From contig CAJTXF010000004.1 of NCBI GenBank assembly GCA_910580045.1, positions 7,346 through 71,345 of the forward strand: DNA of 64,000 nt. Direction: 5' to 3'. The translations under genes and the position numbers were made by a program. This document shows, in pieces, positions 37,565 through 47,742 of this stretch. The stretch is from an uncultured Eubacteriales bacterium. Its GTDB lineage: Bacteria; Bacillota; Clostridia; Oscillospirales; Acutalibacteraceae. A model generated the notes under the pieces. That model was given only the letters and a program-made list of their open reading frames with translations. It made no database searches and was not told the DNA's origin. Position 1 is the stretch's first letter. Every line of letters starts with the position of its first letter.

Positions 37565-39448
37565 CTATGCCTTTTGAAGCTGCTCCTTATCATACTGCAG
37601 GGTATAGAGCTTGTAGTAGCGTCCCTTCTGGTGCAGAAGCTCCTGATGGGTGCCTTGCTCCAGAATCTCCCCGTGGCTGAGCAGGATGATATTGTCCGCG
37701 TGCTGGATGGTGGACAGCCGGTGGGCCACTATCAGCATGGTGCCGATATTCTTCATTTTCTCCAAAGAGTCTTGGATAAGCAGCTCGGTCTCGGTATCAA
37801 TATTGGCGGTGGCCTCGTCCAGAATCATCACTGCGGGCTTGTGGATAATGGTGCGGGCAAAGCTGAGCAGCTGCCGCTGGCCTGCGGAGAAGTTGTTGCC
37901 CCGCTCCCGGACCGCCTCGTCCAGGCCATTGTCCAGGCGGTCAATGAACTTGTCCGCGTTCACATATTCGCAGGCCTGACGGATGTCCTCCTCCGGGAAC
38001 TCGTCCCGCAGGACAATATTCCCCCGGATGGTGCCGGAGAACAGGAACACGTCCTGGAGCATCTGGCCAAAGTGCTTGCGCAGAGAGGCAATGCTGATTT
38101 CCTTAATATCCCTGCCGTCAATGAGAATCTGGCCCTTCTGAATGTCATAGTTCCGGCAAATCAGGGAAAGGATGGTGGATTTGCCGGAGCCGGTGGAACC
38201 CACAAAGGCCACGGTCTGCCTGGGCTCCACATGGAAGCTGACGCCCTTGAGCACCCACTCCCCAGGATTATAGGCAAACCACACGTCCTTAAACTCAATC
38301 TCCCCCTTAATTTCATCTATGTCTTTGGCGTTGGGGGAATCCACCACCTGGGGGACCATGTCCATGACAGTGAAGATTTTTTCCGCCGCAGCAAAGGAGC
38401 GCTGGAGCATATCAAACTGCTCGGCCAGCTGCTGGATGGGGTTGAAGAACTTGGAGATATACATATAGAAGGACACAATCACGCCGCTGGTCACGGTCTG
38501 GCCCATAAAGTTCCAGCCGCCGATATAGCCCCGGCCGCCCAGGTACATCAGGCACAGCACAGAGGAGATGTACAGCATGTATACCATGGGCTGGAAAATA
38601 CCGAACACGAACATACGGGAGCGCTTGGCCTTTTCCAGGTTCTTGGACAGGGCCAGGAAGTCCTGCATCTTCCGCTCCTCCCGGTTGAAAATCTGGGTGA
38701 TTTTAATGCCGGACAGGTTCTCGGAAAGATAGGTGTTCACATCCGTGGTGGCGTCGTTGACCCGCAGGTGAACGGAACGGGAGAAGCGCCGGAAGATAAT
38801 GGTGAACAGAACCACAAAGGGCACAAAGCACAGCACCATCAAGGTGAGCATATAGTTCAAAAGCAGCATGGCCCCCAGCACGGCGATAACCACCATCACA
38901 TTCTGAATCAGGGTCACCAGAATGTTTGTGAACATAAAGGAGATGGCGTTGGGGTCATTGGTCACGCGGGTGACCAGCTTGCCCACGGGGATGTCATTGA
39001 GCTGGGCGTGGCTCAGGCCCTCAATATGGGTGAACACGTCCTGGCGCATGGCGGAGAGGATTTTCTGGCCCACCCTTTGCAGCACCATGGCCTGGATATA
39101 TGTACACAGCAGGGAGACCACCAGCAGGCCCGCGTATACGGCCACGGCCTTGCCCAGATAGGAAAGGTCAAAATCACCGACCACGGTCTCCTCAATATTG
39201 CCGATAATCAGCGGAGACAGAATCGAATGCACATTGGCCAGCAGCATCACAAAGAACACCAGCACGAACTGCATCCGGTAAGGCTTGGCATAGGCCAGCA
39301 GCCGCTTGACAATCTCTGAGTCCGGCATATTGCGCTCCCGGTTTTCCAGGGCGTTTTTCCGCTTGGCCACCGCATAGGCAACCACAAAGAGCAGGGCGAA
39401 CATACCGATGATGGCGCCCACAATCAGAACCGGCAGATACTCACGCAT
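37565..39448 (-). CDS. ABC exporter subunit (TMD+NBD, consensus site) of a heterodimeric multidrug-type transporter
   Basis: GSTGSGKST, FSAGQRQLLSFAR, LDEAT and AHRLSTI motifs. Confidence 0.93.
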   Translation of the reverse strand: MREYLPVLIVGAIIGMFALLFVVAYAVAKRKNALENRERNMPDSEIVKRLLAYAKPYRMQFVLVFFVMLLANVHSILSPLIIGNIEETVVGDFDLSYLGKAVAVYAGLLVVSLLCTYIQAMVLQRVGQKILSAMRQDVFTHIEGLSHAQLNDIPVGKLVTRVTNDPNAISFMFTNILVTLIQNVMVVIAVLGAMLLLNYMLTLMVLCFVPFVVLFTIIFRRFSRSVHLRVNDATTDVNTYLSENLSGIKITQIFNREERKMQDFLALSKNLEKAKRSRMFVFGIFQPMVYMLYISSVLCLMYLGGRGYIGGWNFMGQTVTSGVIVSFYMYISKFFNPIQQLAEQFDMLQRSFAAAEKIFTVMDMVPQVVDSPNAKDIDEIKGEIEFKDVWFAYNPGEWVLKGVSFHVEPRQTVAFVGSTGSGKSTILSLICRNYDIQKGQILIDGRDIKEISIASLRKHFGQMLQDVFLFSGTIRGNIVLRDEFPEEDIRQACEYVNADKFIDRLDNGLDEAVRERGNNFSAGQRQLLSFARTIIHKPAVMILDEATANIDTETELLIQDSLEKMKNIGTMLIVAHRLSTIQHADNIILLSHGEILEQGTHQELLHQKGRYYKLYTLQYDKEQLQKA

Positions 39449-41225
39449 TGCTATGCTCACTCCCTTCCTCGTCCAGCTTCTGCAAATCCACCATCTTGGT
39501 GTACTCGGGACAGTTCTTGTACAGGTCCTCATGGGTCCCTGCGGCAACCAGCCGCCCCTGGTCAATAAACAGAATCTTGTCCATCTGCTCAATGGTGGAG
39601 ATGCGGTGGGCAATCAGGATGGTGGTCTTGCCTGCCCGGGTGGCCCGCAGGTTGCCCAGAATAGAGCGCTCTGTCTTGGTGTCCACAGCGGAGACAGAGT
39701 CGTCCAGAATCAGAATAGGCGCGTTCTTCATCAAAGCCCGGGCAATGGAGATACGCTGCTTCTGCCCGCCGGAGACCGTAACGCCCCGCTCGCCCAGCAC
39801 GGTGTGGAAGCCATGCTGGAACTTCTTAATGTCATGGGCCACATCCGCCAGCTTGGCGTACTGGTCGATAGCCGCCTTGTCATACTCCTCCACGCCAAAG
39901 GCGATGTTGTGCTCAATGGTGTCAGAGAACAGGAAGTTGTCCTGGGGCACGTAGGAACAGCCCTCCCGCAGGGAGTGGATGGTAATGTCGTTTACGTCCA
40001 CCCCGTCCACAAAAAGGGTGCCGTCAGGCACATTGTATGTACGGAGAATCAAATCCACCAAAGTGGTCTTGCCCGAGCCGGTCTTGCCCACCAGGCCCAC
40101 GTTCTCTCCGGCGTTGATGGTGAAGGAGATGTTTTCCAGGGCGTTGTACTCCCCGTCCGGGTAACGGAAGGTCAAATCCCGGAACTCGATAGAGCCCTTG
40201 ATATTGTCCATGGGTTTCGCGCCGGGCTTGTCCTTTACCGTAACCTGAGCGTCCAGCAGCTCGCTGACCCGGTCCAGAGAGGCCTTGCCCCGGCTGGTCA
40301 TGTCAATCAGCTCGCTGACAGCCATGATGGGCCAAATCACGGAGTTGAAGTACCCGATAAACTCCACCAGCTGCCCGGCGTTGAAATAACCCTGGTATAC
40401 CAGATATCCGCCATAGCCCAAAATCACGCAGATGACGCTCTCAATAAACAAAGTGACAAAAATGCGGAACAGCACAGAGAGCTTGGTGTGGTTGATATTG
40501 GCCTCCTCGTTCTCCTTGTTCAGCTTCTGGAAGGCCCACAGCTCCCGGCCCTCTTTCACAAAGGCCTTGATGACAGCAATGCCGGAGAAGCTCTCCTGGG
40601 AGAAATCGGACAGATTGGAGAAAGCCTGCTGGCGCAAATCCCAGCGGTGCATCAGGCTTTTGCCCACCACAGTGGCCATGCACAGCAGCAGAGCCATGGG
40701 AATCATGGACAGCAGGGTGAGCAGGGGATTCATGGCCCACATCTTCACAATGGCCAGGCCCCCCATGAACAGGGCGTCGAAAAACATGAGCACGCCCCAG
40801 CCAAAGCAGTCCTGGACTGTGTCCAAATCATTGGTGAACAGGCTCATCAGGTTGCCCACCTTGTTCTCCTGATAAAACTCCCGGCTCAGGTTCTTGGCGT
40901 TGTCAAACATCCGGTTGCGCAAATCCGCCTCCAGCCGGATGGCCGAACCCATAAAGCACAGCCGCCAGAAGAACCGCCCAGCCACAATGGCCAGAATTAC
41001 CCCAACCATGGGCATACAGATGCGGTCCAGCAGAAAGTTCACATCAAAGGGGATGGTTTGGCCGTCCACCTCCACAAAGCCCTGGTTTATGCCGTTGATT
41101 ACCATCTGGTACAGGTTGGGAATCATCAGCTGGAAATAGTCTACCGCCACCAGGGCCGCCAGCCCCAGCAGCAGCAGCCAGCTGTACTTCAAGTAGTACC
41201 GATTGATATGCTTGCCGATAATCAA
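39441..41225 (-). CDS. ABC exporter subunit (TMD+NBD, degenerate Walker B) of a heterodimeric transporter
   Basis: GKTGSGKTT, VSGGQKQR and LDDSVSAVD motifs; TTG start after GAGGAGG. Confidence 0.92.
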   Translation of the reverse strand: MIIGKHINRYYLKYSWLLLLGLAALVAVDYFQLMIPNLYQMVINGINQGFVEVDGQTIPFDVNFLLDRICMPMVGVILAIVAGRFFWRLCFMGSAIRLEADLRNRMFDNAKNLSREFYQENKVGNLMSLFTNDLDTVQDCFGWGVLMFFDALFMGGLAIVKMWAMNPLLTLLSMIPMALLLCMATVVGKSLMHRWDLRQQAFSNLSDFSQESFSGIAVIKAFVKEGRELWAFQKLNKENEEANINHTKLSVLFRIFVTLFIESVICVILGYGGYLVYQGYFNAGQLVEFIGYFNSVIWPIMAVSELIDMTSRGKASLDRVSELLDAQVTVKDKPGAKPMDNIKGSIEFRDLTFRYPDGEYNALENISFTINAGENVGLVGKTGSGKTTLVDLILRTYNVPDGTLFVDGVDVNDITIHSLREGCSYVPQDNFLFSDTIEHNIAFGVEEYDKAAIDQYAKLADVAHDIKKFQHGFHTVLGERGVTVSGGQKQRISIARALMKNAPILILDDSVSAVDTKTERSILGNLRATRAGKTTILIAHRISTIEQMDKILFIDQGRLVAAGTHEDLYKNCPEYTKMVDLQKLDEEGSEHSNA

Positions 41226-41340
41226 AGCTGCTTCCTCCTCTTTTTTGTAAATTATCTTATCACAAGGCAATATTATACCACAGTTTTTTCATTTTTTCTA
41301 CCCCTTTTATAAATAAAGTCAGGGTTTTTTATAAAAAAAC

Positions 41341-41362
41341 AAGAGGCCGTTTTTGGCCTCTT
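41341..41362 (-). terminator. Intrinsic terminator after the serpin gene
   Basis: AAGAGGCC-GTTTTT-GGCCTCTT hairpin with flanking A/T runs. Confidence 0.65.
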
Positions 41363-41385
41363 GAAAAATTTATAAACTTTATAAT

Positions 41386-42663
41386 TTACCCTTTGCCGCC
41401 TGGCTCCATCAAGGCGCCCAGGAAAAGGGGCGTGCAGGTTTCTGTGTCCACAATCATATAGAGGAAGGGCCGGTCCAGGTTAATCCTGACAGGGTCGTCC
41501 ATCATGGCAGCCCCGGCCTCCATCACCACCGCTGTGGCAGCGCCAGCCTTGGTGCCCTGCTCAAAGACAGAGATGTAGGTCTTGTGGAGAACCTGGCTGA
41601 TATACAGCGGCCAGCCGTCCGCTTCACGGCCCATGGCGGAAAAGTCCGCCTTATCGGGCTCAAAGGCGTCTGTCATTCCCAGAGAGCGCAGGGTATCTGC
41701 CAGAGAAACGCTGTACTCTGTCTCGAACTTGGGCAGCTCTGCCCAGACCACCCGCTCGTCAGGGTTGGAGAGAAGCTCCCGCAGGCGCTGGCCGGTGAGG
41801 GTGGCAGCATAGTCTGCCGGGGACTGGCCCTCCCCGGGCAGCAGGGCCGCAAAGGCGTATTTCCCGCCCGCGTAGTACTTGAGGAAGCCCATGGCGTCCC
41901 CATCCCGAATACAGCCGTACTCAGAGGAGGACATCATGTCCACCGGCTTGGTGCTGCCGTCCGCCAGGGTGAAGTTCGCCTCATGAATATCCTGCTCCTC
42001 ATACACCTCCGCCCACTCTCCCTCAAAGGCAAGGGCGTTGAGCAGAACCATCACTGACTGGGGGGAGAGCTCGCTGAGCATCTGGGGAACCATGCCGTGG
42101 GTGTGCTCCTTGACCCAATCATTCACCTTCTGTACGGTGGCATTGTCAAAGGGTTCCTGGAAGACCCCCGCGCCAAAATAGTCGGCGTTCTTTTGCAGGA
42201 AGTCCTTCTCCACCTCCACCTGGCCCTCCTTCAGCCAGAGGGAGTTGGCCTGGTGGAAAACAGATTTCTCCCCGCTGGGCAGGCTTTTGCTATAGGCAGA
42301 AAGATAATCGCTGAGCTGGCCGACAGGCAGGCCCAGCGCTTTTTCCATCTGGGCAAGGGTCTCCCCCTGGGCGCCGTTGGCAGTCATGGTCAGGGCGCTG
42401 AGCACGGAAAAAGGAGATACCAATACATTTCCGTCCTTCTCCATGGAAGCGCGCAGGAGCTTGAGCCCAAACTCCGCGGAGACATCAGCCGCCGCGCTGT
42501 CCACATCCTGGACAGCGGCAGCGGAGGAGCCAGGTTTGATATTTGCCATAAGGTCCCCTTTCTGGACTGTGCCCGCCGGGTCCGCGCAGGCGGCCAGAAG
42601 CAGCAGCGCCAGCGTCAGGACAAGCGTGGTTTTTCCCATACGGGACTTGCGGAGCGTTTTCAT
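41386..42663 (-). CDS. Serpin family protein, predicted lipoprotein
   Basis: NVLVSPFS, GA.GET, VNDWV...THG, LPKF, hinge EQGTKAGAAT and DRPFLY motifs; lipobox LLAAC. Confidence 0.95.
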   Translation of the reverse strand: MKTLRKSRMGKTTLVLTLALLLLAACADPAGTVQKGDLMANIKPGSSAAAVQDVDSAAADVSAEFGLKLLRASMEKDGNVLVSPFSVLSALTMTANGAQGETLAQMEKALGLPVGQLSDYLSAYSKSLPSGEKSVFHQANSLWLKEGQVEVEKDFLQKNADYFGAGVFQEPFDNATVQKVNDWVKEHTHGMVPQMLSELSPQSVMVLLNALAFEGEWAEVYEEQDIHEANFTLADGSTKPVDMMSSSEYGCIRDGDAMGFLKYYAGGKYAFAALLPGEGQSPADYAATLTGQRLRELLSNPDERVVWAELPKFETEYSVSLADTLRSLGMTDAFEPDKADFSAMGREADGWPLYISQVLHKTYISVFEQGTKAGAATAVVMEAGAAMMDDPVRINLDRPFLYMIVDTETCTPLFLGALMEPGGKG

Positions 42664-42750
42664 GGAGTGAGCCACCTTTCATGATATAATTTGCTAATCG
42701 GGCGTTCACCCTATGTATCGTTTTTTCAGAAGGGCGGGTCACAATGAATT

Positions 42751-43227
42751 TTATCCCATGCCAAAAATAAATTTCAGCCAGCTGGTAAAGCTGTCCGCGC
42801 TGTATACCGCCAGCATAATCAGCACCAAAAAGGCCACCACAGAGAGGATTTCCCCCACCAGCCGTTTCAGCGTGGGCGGCGGCGCGTCCTCCTGCTGGCC
42901 GCCCTGCTCCTGGACAATCTCCTCGTTCACCTGGACTGCCAGCGCCTGGGCCTGCTCCATCTGTCCAGCCTGCACATAGATTCGCTTGTCCGTGGGCATG
43001 GACTCCATATCAAAGGTATAGTACGCCCCTTTTCCCGCGTCTTCAACCTTGTGGGGGATGTCTGCCCGCGTCAGGGCCTGCTCCAGACGCTCAGCCATGT
43101 ACAGATTACACTGGCACAGGAAGGCCGTATCCCTCTCCCCTGCCGGGCGGAGCTTCCCGCTGCGGCAGCCAGGGCATTTGGCTGCCCCGTCCTCACAGAG
43201 CCGCCGGCATTTTTCACAATACTGCAT
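42751..43227 (-). CDS. Membrane protein with N-terminal Zn-ribbon, function unknown
   Basis: CEKC...CPGC motif and a C-terminal TM helix; RBS AGGAGG. Confidence 0.7.
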   Translation of the reverse strand: MQYCEKCRRLCEDGAAKCPGCRSGKLRPAGERDTAFLCQCNLYMAERLEQALTRADIPHKVEDAGKGAYYTFDMESMPTDKRIYVQAGQMEQAQALAVQVNEEIVQEQGGQQEDAPPPTLKRLVGEILSVVAFLVLIMLAVYSADSFTSWLKFIFGMG

Positions 43228-43236
43228 AGCGCCCTC

Positions 43237-43897
43237 CTAGATGACCTGCTGGCCGTTAATCGCCAGCTTAAATTCCAGGCCCAGCTTTTCCGCCGCTTTG
43301 CCGCAGAGGAGCATACGGGCCATAAAAATCTCAAAGTACTCCATCACAGAGCTGAAATTGGTGTCAATCTCCAGTTTCAGCCAGATGGCCCTGCCGTCCC
43401 GGTCGATTTCCAGATGGGAGCCGGTGACAGAGTAGTTCACCCGGTCGTGGATGTCAAACCCGGCCGGGTCCTTTCCCCCGACCCCGGGTGCGGCGCACAT
43501 CGGACTTGTCCGCCAGAATCAGGGCAGCGGCCTCAGGACTTACCGGCACGCCGGTGCCCTCGTCGTGGTTGCCGATGGCAGTGGCAATCAGGGCAATCTC
43601 CTCTGGGGGGAAGCCCATGTTGTCCAACAGGCGGAAGGCCATCACCGCGCCGCTCTGGCTGTGGTCCACCCGGTTGACCAGGTTGCCGATATCGTGAAGA
43701 TACCCGGCAATGCGGGTGAGCTCCACCCGGCGGGGCGGGTATCCCAGCTGGGCCAGGATGTCTCCCGCTGTGTGCGACACCCGGCCCACATGGGCAAAGC
43801 TGTGCTCGGTAAACCCCAGGGCCGCCATAGAGGCGTCCGCCTGGGCAATATAGGTGCGGATAGCGTGGTCATGGGTAATCTGCTCATAAGTAATCAT
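43237..43897 (-). pseudogene. HD-domain phosphohydrolase with a +1 frameshift (pseudogene or sequencing error)
   Basis: GFTEHS..H, YLHDIGN and ADKSDVRR are in one frame; KDPAGFDIHDRVNYSV...EYFEIF..RM is in the next. One extra G in the G-runs at 43475-43485. Confidence 0.8.
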
Positions 43898-44032
43898 GCT
43901 GAGGGCTCCTTTGCTTGGGACGGGTATTCTTTCGCGGGTTTATTGTACCACAGGGCAGGGGAAAATACAAGCCTTCCGGCGGACAGGACGTATACGAGAA
44001 AAGAGACGGCCTTCCGGCCGTCCCCTTATCTT

Positions 44033-44650
44033 TCAGCGCACAAAATTGGTGAAGGTCTTGGGCTCGTTCTCCGGCAGGCCGAACTTCTCCTTGCCCAGGG
44101 CAATGCTTTTCATGAGGAAGGTCATATTCCGGGCCAGGGTGCGCATCATCTGCAGGCCCTCCCCATCCTCCTCGGCCTGGCCGGGGGTCTGGCCGTGGAT
44201 GCCGTTCCAGTATTGGCCGGAGGCAATGGGCATCCCGGAAATGGCGAAGAACTTGTTCAGCTCGTCATAGGTGGCGGTAAGGCCGCCCCGGCGGGCCGCG
44301 GCCACGGCAGCGCCCACCTTCATGGATTTATCACAGTGGCAGCTGTAGAACAGCCGGGTCAAAAAGGCCACCAGCGTGGCATTGGCAGAGGCATAGTACA
44401 CCGGACTGCCCACCACCAGGCCGTCGCAAGCCTCAAATTTAGGCGCGGCCTCGTTCACCAGGTCGTCAAAGACGCATTTGCCCAGCTCACCGCACTTCCG
44501 GCAGCCGATACAGCCCCGGATGGCTTGGCTCCCAATGTGGAGCAGCTCCACCTCCACGCCCTCTGCCTGGAAAATCTTCTCCATCTCGTGGAGGGCAATG
44601 TAGGTGTTCCCCTTGGCATGGGGACTTCCGTTAATCATCAGAACTTTCAT
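44033..44650 (-). CDS. Flavodoxin-like iron-sulfur flavoprotein (NADPH-dependent FMN reductase family)
   Basis: NGSPH.KGNT, CIGCRKC....KC and GSPVYY motifs. Confidence 0.9.
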   Translation of the reverse strand: MKVLMINGSPHAKGNTYIALHEMEKIFQAEGVEVELLHIGSQAIRGCIGCRKCGELGKCVFDDLVNEAAPKFEACDGLVVGSPVYYASANATLVAFLTRLFYSCHCDKSMKVGAAVAAARRGGLTATYDELNKFFAISGMPIASGQYWNGIHGQTPGQAEEDGEGLQMMRTLARNMTFLMKSIALGKEKFGLPENEPKTFTNFVR

Positions 44651-44706
44651 GGCGCGTACCTCCTGAGTATAATATAAATAGTATATGGAGCTAGGGCTGT
44701 GCCGCA

Positions 44707-46014
44707 TTACAGCTCCAGCTTTTTTCCGACCTCCGCGATGCTCATGTCCAGCTCTTTGGCAATGCGGGCCACGTCCTCATACTCGGGCTTTTCCCGCTTC
44801 ACCCCCCAGCCCTCCGAGACCTTCACGGTCACAGTGCCGAAGCGGGTCTGGCGCTGCTCCTGGGAGCGGCTGAGCACCTGCCGGTTACAGAGCTGCTCCC
44901 GCACGCCCAGCGTGCTGGTGTGGACGAACAGCAGGCGAATCATGGCCCCCCTGTCCTCCGGGCGGCAGAGGCAGGTGAGCAGGACCCCGGGGCGGCCCTT
45001 CTTCATGCCAATGGCTGTGGTGAATACGTCCAGGGCCCCGGCCTCCATCAGGCGTTCCGCGGCAAAGGCGATGGCCTCAGGGGTCATATCGTCCAGGTTA
45101 CAGTGGAGCTCCGCCACAGTGTCGGCGCCCGCGTCAGCCGTCTCCCCCAGCATGGCCCGGATTCCGTTCATGGCGGGGAAGTCCTTGGTGCCCATGCCAT
45201 AGCCGATTCGCTCCACCCGCATGACGGGGCTGGGGCCAAAGGAGCTGGCGAACCATTTCAGCAGGGCCGCGCCCGTGGGGGTGCACAGCTCCCCCTGGAT
45301 TTCGCCCCCATAAGTGGGCACGCCCTGGAGAATATGGGCAGTGGCCGGTGCGGGCACAGGCAGGATGCCGTGGGCGCAGCGCACCTGGCCGCTGCCCACA
45401 TGCACCGGGGAGCAGATGACCTGCCGGGGCCCCAGGGCACGCATCAGCATACACACAGCGGTCACGTCCGCGACAGCGTCCAAAGTGCCCACCTCGTGGA
45501 AGTGGATTTCCTCCACCGGGACCCCATGGGCGTGGCTCTCCGCCTGGGCAATCAGGCCGTAAACCCCCAGCACGTCCCGCTCTACGTCCGGGTGCAGGGT
45601 CATGTGGCCGATAAGATGCTCAATGTCGTGCATTCCCGCGTGATGGTGGGATTGGCTGTGGGAATGCTCGTGTTCGTGGTCGTGATGAAGATCGTGGCTG
45701 TGGTCATGAGGATGCTCATGCTCCCCGTGGGTGTGTTCATGGGAATGGGTATGCTCGTGCTCATGGCTGTGAACATGGCCGTGGGCCACATCATAGGCCT
45801 GCTCCTCCTCCCCGTTCACAGTGACGCGCATATGGGTGCCGGTTACGCCACATTTCACGGAGGGCTCCGCCGCAAAGGTGACGCCGGGCAGGCCCAGGCT
45901 GTTCAGCTTGTCCACAAAGGAGGCCCGCTCCTCCTCAGGCAGGAGCTCCAGCAGGGCGGCGGAGAGCATATCCCCTGCCGCGCCCATATTGCATTCCAGG
46001 TATAGTGTTTTCAT
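44707..46014 (-). CDS. larC: Nickel pincer cofactor biosynthesis protein LarC (single fused ORF, His-rich)
   Basis: GAAGDM, His-rich tract, HFHEVG..DAV.D, G.LPVPAPAT, ELCTPTGAA, NLDDM, MKKGRPG and KPEYED motifs. Confidence 0.95.
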   Translation of the reverse strand: MKTLYLECNMGAAGDMLSAALLELLPEEERASFVDKLNSLGLPGVTFAAEPSVKCGVTGTHMRVTVNGEEEQAYDVAHGHVHSHEHEHTHSHEHTHGEHEHPHDHSHDLHHDHEHEHSHSQSHHHAGMHDIEHLIGHMTLHPDVERDVLGVYGLIAQAESHAHGVPVEEIHFHEVGTLDAVADVTAVCMLMRALGPRQVICSPVHVGSGQVRCAHGILPVPAPATAHILQGVPTYGGEIQGELCTPTGAALLKWFASSFGPSPVMRVERIGYGMGTKDFPAMNGIRAMLGETADAGADTVAELHCNLDDMTPEAIAFAAERLMEAGALDVFTTAIGMKKGRPGVLLTCLCRPEDRGAMIRLLFVHTSTLGVREQLCNRQVLSRSQEQRQTRFGTVTVKVSEGWGVKREKPEYEDVARIAKELDMSIAEVGKKLEL

Positions 46015-47441
46015 CTTTTCTTTTTCTTCCTTTCCTTACGATTTGAGGCAGGGGCCGTGGGCTGCAATTTGGGCATACTCTTGCCCAGGGCCGCGATGGT
46101 GATGGCAATCAGGGGGTTCAGCCAGCCGAAGAAGGTGAAGGGGCCGTACTGCCAGGCGGACACGCCCAGCATATTCTCCGTAAAGCCCGCCCCGGTGCTG
46201 TAGGGCACAATGCCCCCAAACACAGTGCCCGCGTCTTCCAGGGCCCGGCTCAGGTTCTGGGGAGCCAGGCTGTGCTCCTTATATAAGGGCCGGAACAGGC
46301 GGCCGGTCATGATAATGGCCACATACTGCTGCCCGGTTCCAATCAGCACACCCCAGGCAGTGAGGATGGTGGCAATCACCAGGCCCTTGTCCGATTTCAC
46401 GCGGCTGACCACCTTTTTCAGGATGGCGCTGGCCATACCCGTGCACTCAAAAATACCCGCAAAGCTCAGGGCAATTATCATCAGCGCCACAGTGCGCATC
46501 ATGCTCAAGATGCCGCCCCGGTTCAGGAGGGTGTCCACCGTTGCCACCCCTGTCTCGGCGGAGAAGCCGTTCATGATGCCGCCTAAAATGGAGCTCACAT
46601 CCGCGCCCTGGATGAAGATAGCGGACAGCATCCCCAGAAGCGCAGCACCCAGCAGGCCGGGCAGGGCGGGAATCCGCAGAATGACCATCACAAGCACCAG
46701 CAAAGGCGGCAGGAGCAGCAGGGGGTTGATGGTGAAATTCGCCGCCAGGGTGGAGAGAGTCTCCTGGACCTGGGCGTTGTCCGCGCTGCCGCCGCCGAAG
46801 ATAAAGCCCAGAATGCCGTAAATCACAATACAAATCAGATAAGTAGGCGTGGTGGTGACCATCATGTGGCGGATATGCTCAAAAACATTGGTGTCCGAAA
46901 CCGAGGGGGCCAGGTTGGTGGTGTCGGAAAGAGGGGACATTTTGTCGCCAAAATAGGCCCCGGAGACAATGGCTCCCACTGTGATGGGGCCGGGTATGCC
47001 GATGGCCTCCCCAATGCCGAACAGGGCCACTCCCACGGTGCCGATGGTGGACAGGGAACTGCCAATGGCCAGGGACACCAGGGAGCAGAGCAGCAGGGCT
47101 GTCACCAAAAAGAAGCGGGGGGAAATGATTTGCAGGCCGTAGTAGACCATGGTGGGGATGATTCCACCGGCCATCCAGGCGGCAATCAGGATGCCAATAG
47201 ACATGATAATCAGCAGGGCGGGCAGAGCCGGGGTCACTGCCTGGCCGATGCCGTCCAGCATGGATTGCCACTTGTAGTGGTGGATTGCTCCCACTATGGC
47301 GGCGAGAGCGGCGGCAATCAGCAGGGGGACATGGGGCGCAGCGCCCAGCAGGGCGGTAAAGGATACGACCAGGGTGATAAGCGCCAGGAACATAATAACG
47401 CTTAGGGTAAAGCCGACTGGTTTGGGGGTTCTCTCTTTCAT
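46011..47441 (-). CDS. nhaC: NhaC family Na+/H+ antiporter or solute transporter
   Basis: W..GGIIPTM.YYG, GAIVSGAYFGDKMSPLSDTTNLAP, RGGI.SM and LSRALED motifs; RBS AGGAGG. Confidence 0.92.
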   Translation of the reverse strand: MKERTPKPVGFTLSVIMFLALITLVVSFTALLGAAPHVPLLIAAALAAIVGAIHHYKWQSMLDGIGQAVTPALPALLIIMSIGILIAAWMAGGIIPTMVYYGLQIISPRFFLVTALLLCSLVSLAIGSSLSTIGTVGVALFGIGEAIGIPGPITVGAIVSGAYFGDKMSPLSDTTNLAPSVSDTNVFEHIRHMMVTTTPTYLICIVIYGILGFIFGGGSADNAQVQETLSTLAANFTINPLLLLPPLLVLVMVILRIPALPGLLGAALLGMLSAIFIQGADVSSILGGIMNGFSAETGVATVDTLLNRGGILSMMRTVALMIIALSFAGIFECTGMASAILKKVVSRVKSDKGLVIATILTAWGVLIGTGQQYVAIIMTGRLFRPLYKEHSLAPQNLSRALEDAGTVFGGIVPYSTGAGFTENMLGVSAWQYGPFTFFGWLNPLIAITIAALGKSMPKLQPTAPASNRKERKKKKR

Positions 47442-47523
47442 GGTAATCCTCCTTGGGTTGGGTGGTGAGCCTGACGGCTCGGGGCAGGGGCCTAGCAGTA
47501 AGAGCAAGGTAAAGGCGGAATGG

Positions 47524-47579
47524 AAGTTTTCGTCCACCTTTTGAAAAAGGTGGTAGGGGTTTGGGGGCAAAGCCCCCAA
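47524..47579. repeat. REP-like double-hairpin element
   Basis: CCACCTTTT-GA-AAAAGGTGG and TTGGGGGC-AAA-GCCCCCAA hairpins in tandem in an intergenic region. Confidence 0.55.
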
Positions 47580-47742
47580 GGTCGCAACCTAACGGCAATA
47601 GCACATTCCCCAAGAGAAACAAGGCCAGGATACCGTCTGGGGCGGCGCACACCAAAACCTCTGCGAGACAGAACATCCAACAGCCCGCCCAGGTCCGCCA
47701 GTGGCACAAGGACAGCGCCGCCAGAACAGACGAGCAGCAGAT

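Noticed and set aside
45630..45790. Low-complexity repeat within larC
   Set aside because: It encodes the known His-rich nickel-binding tract of LarC.
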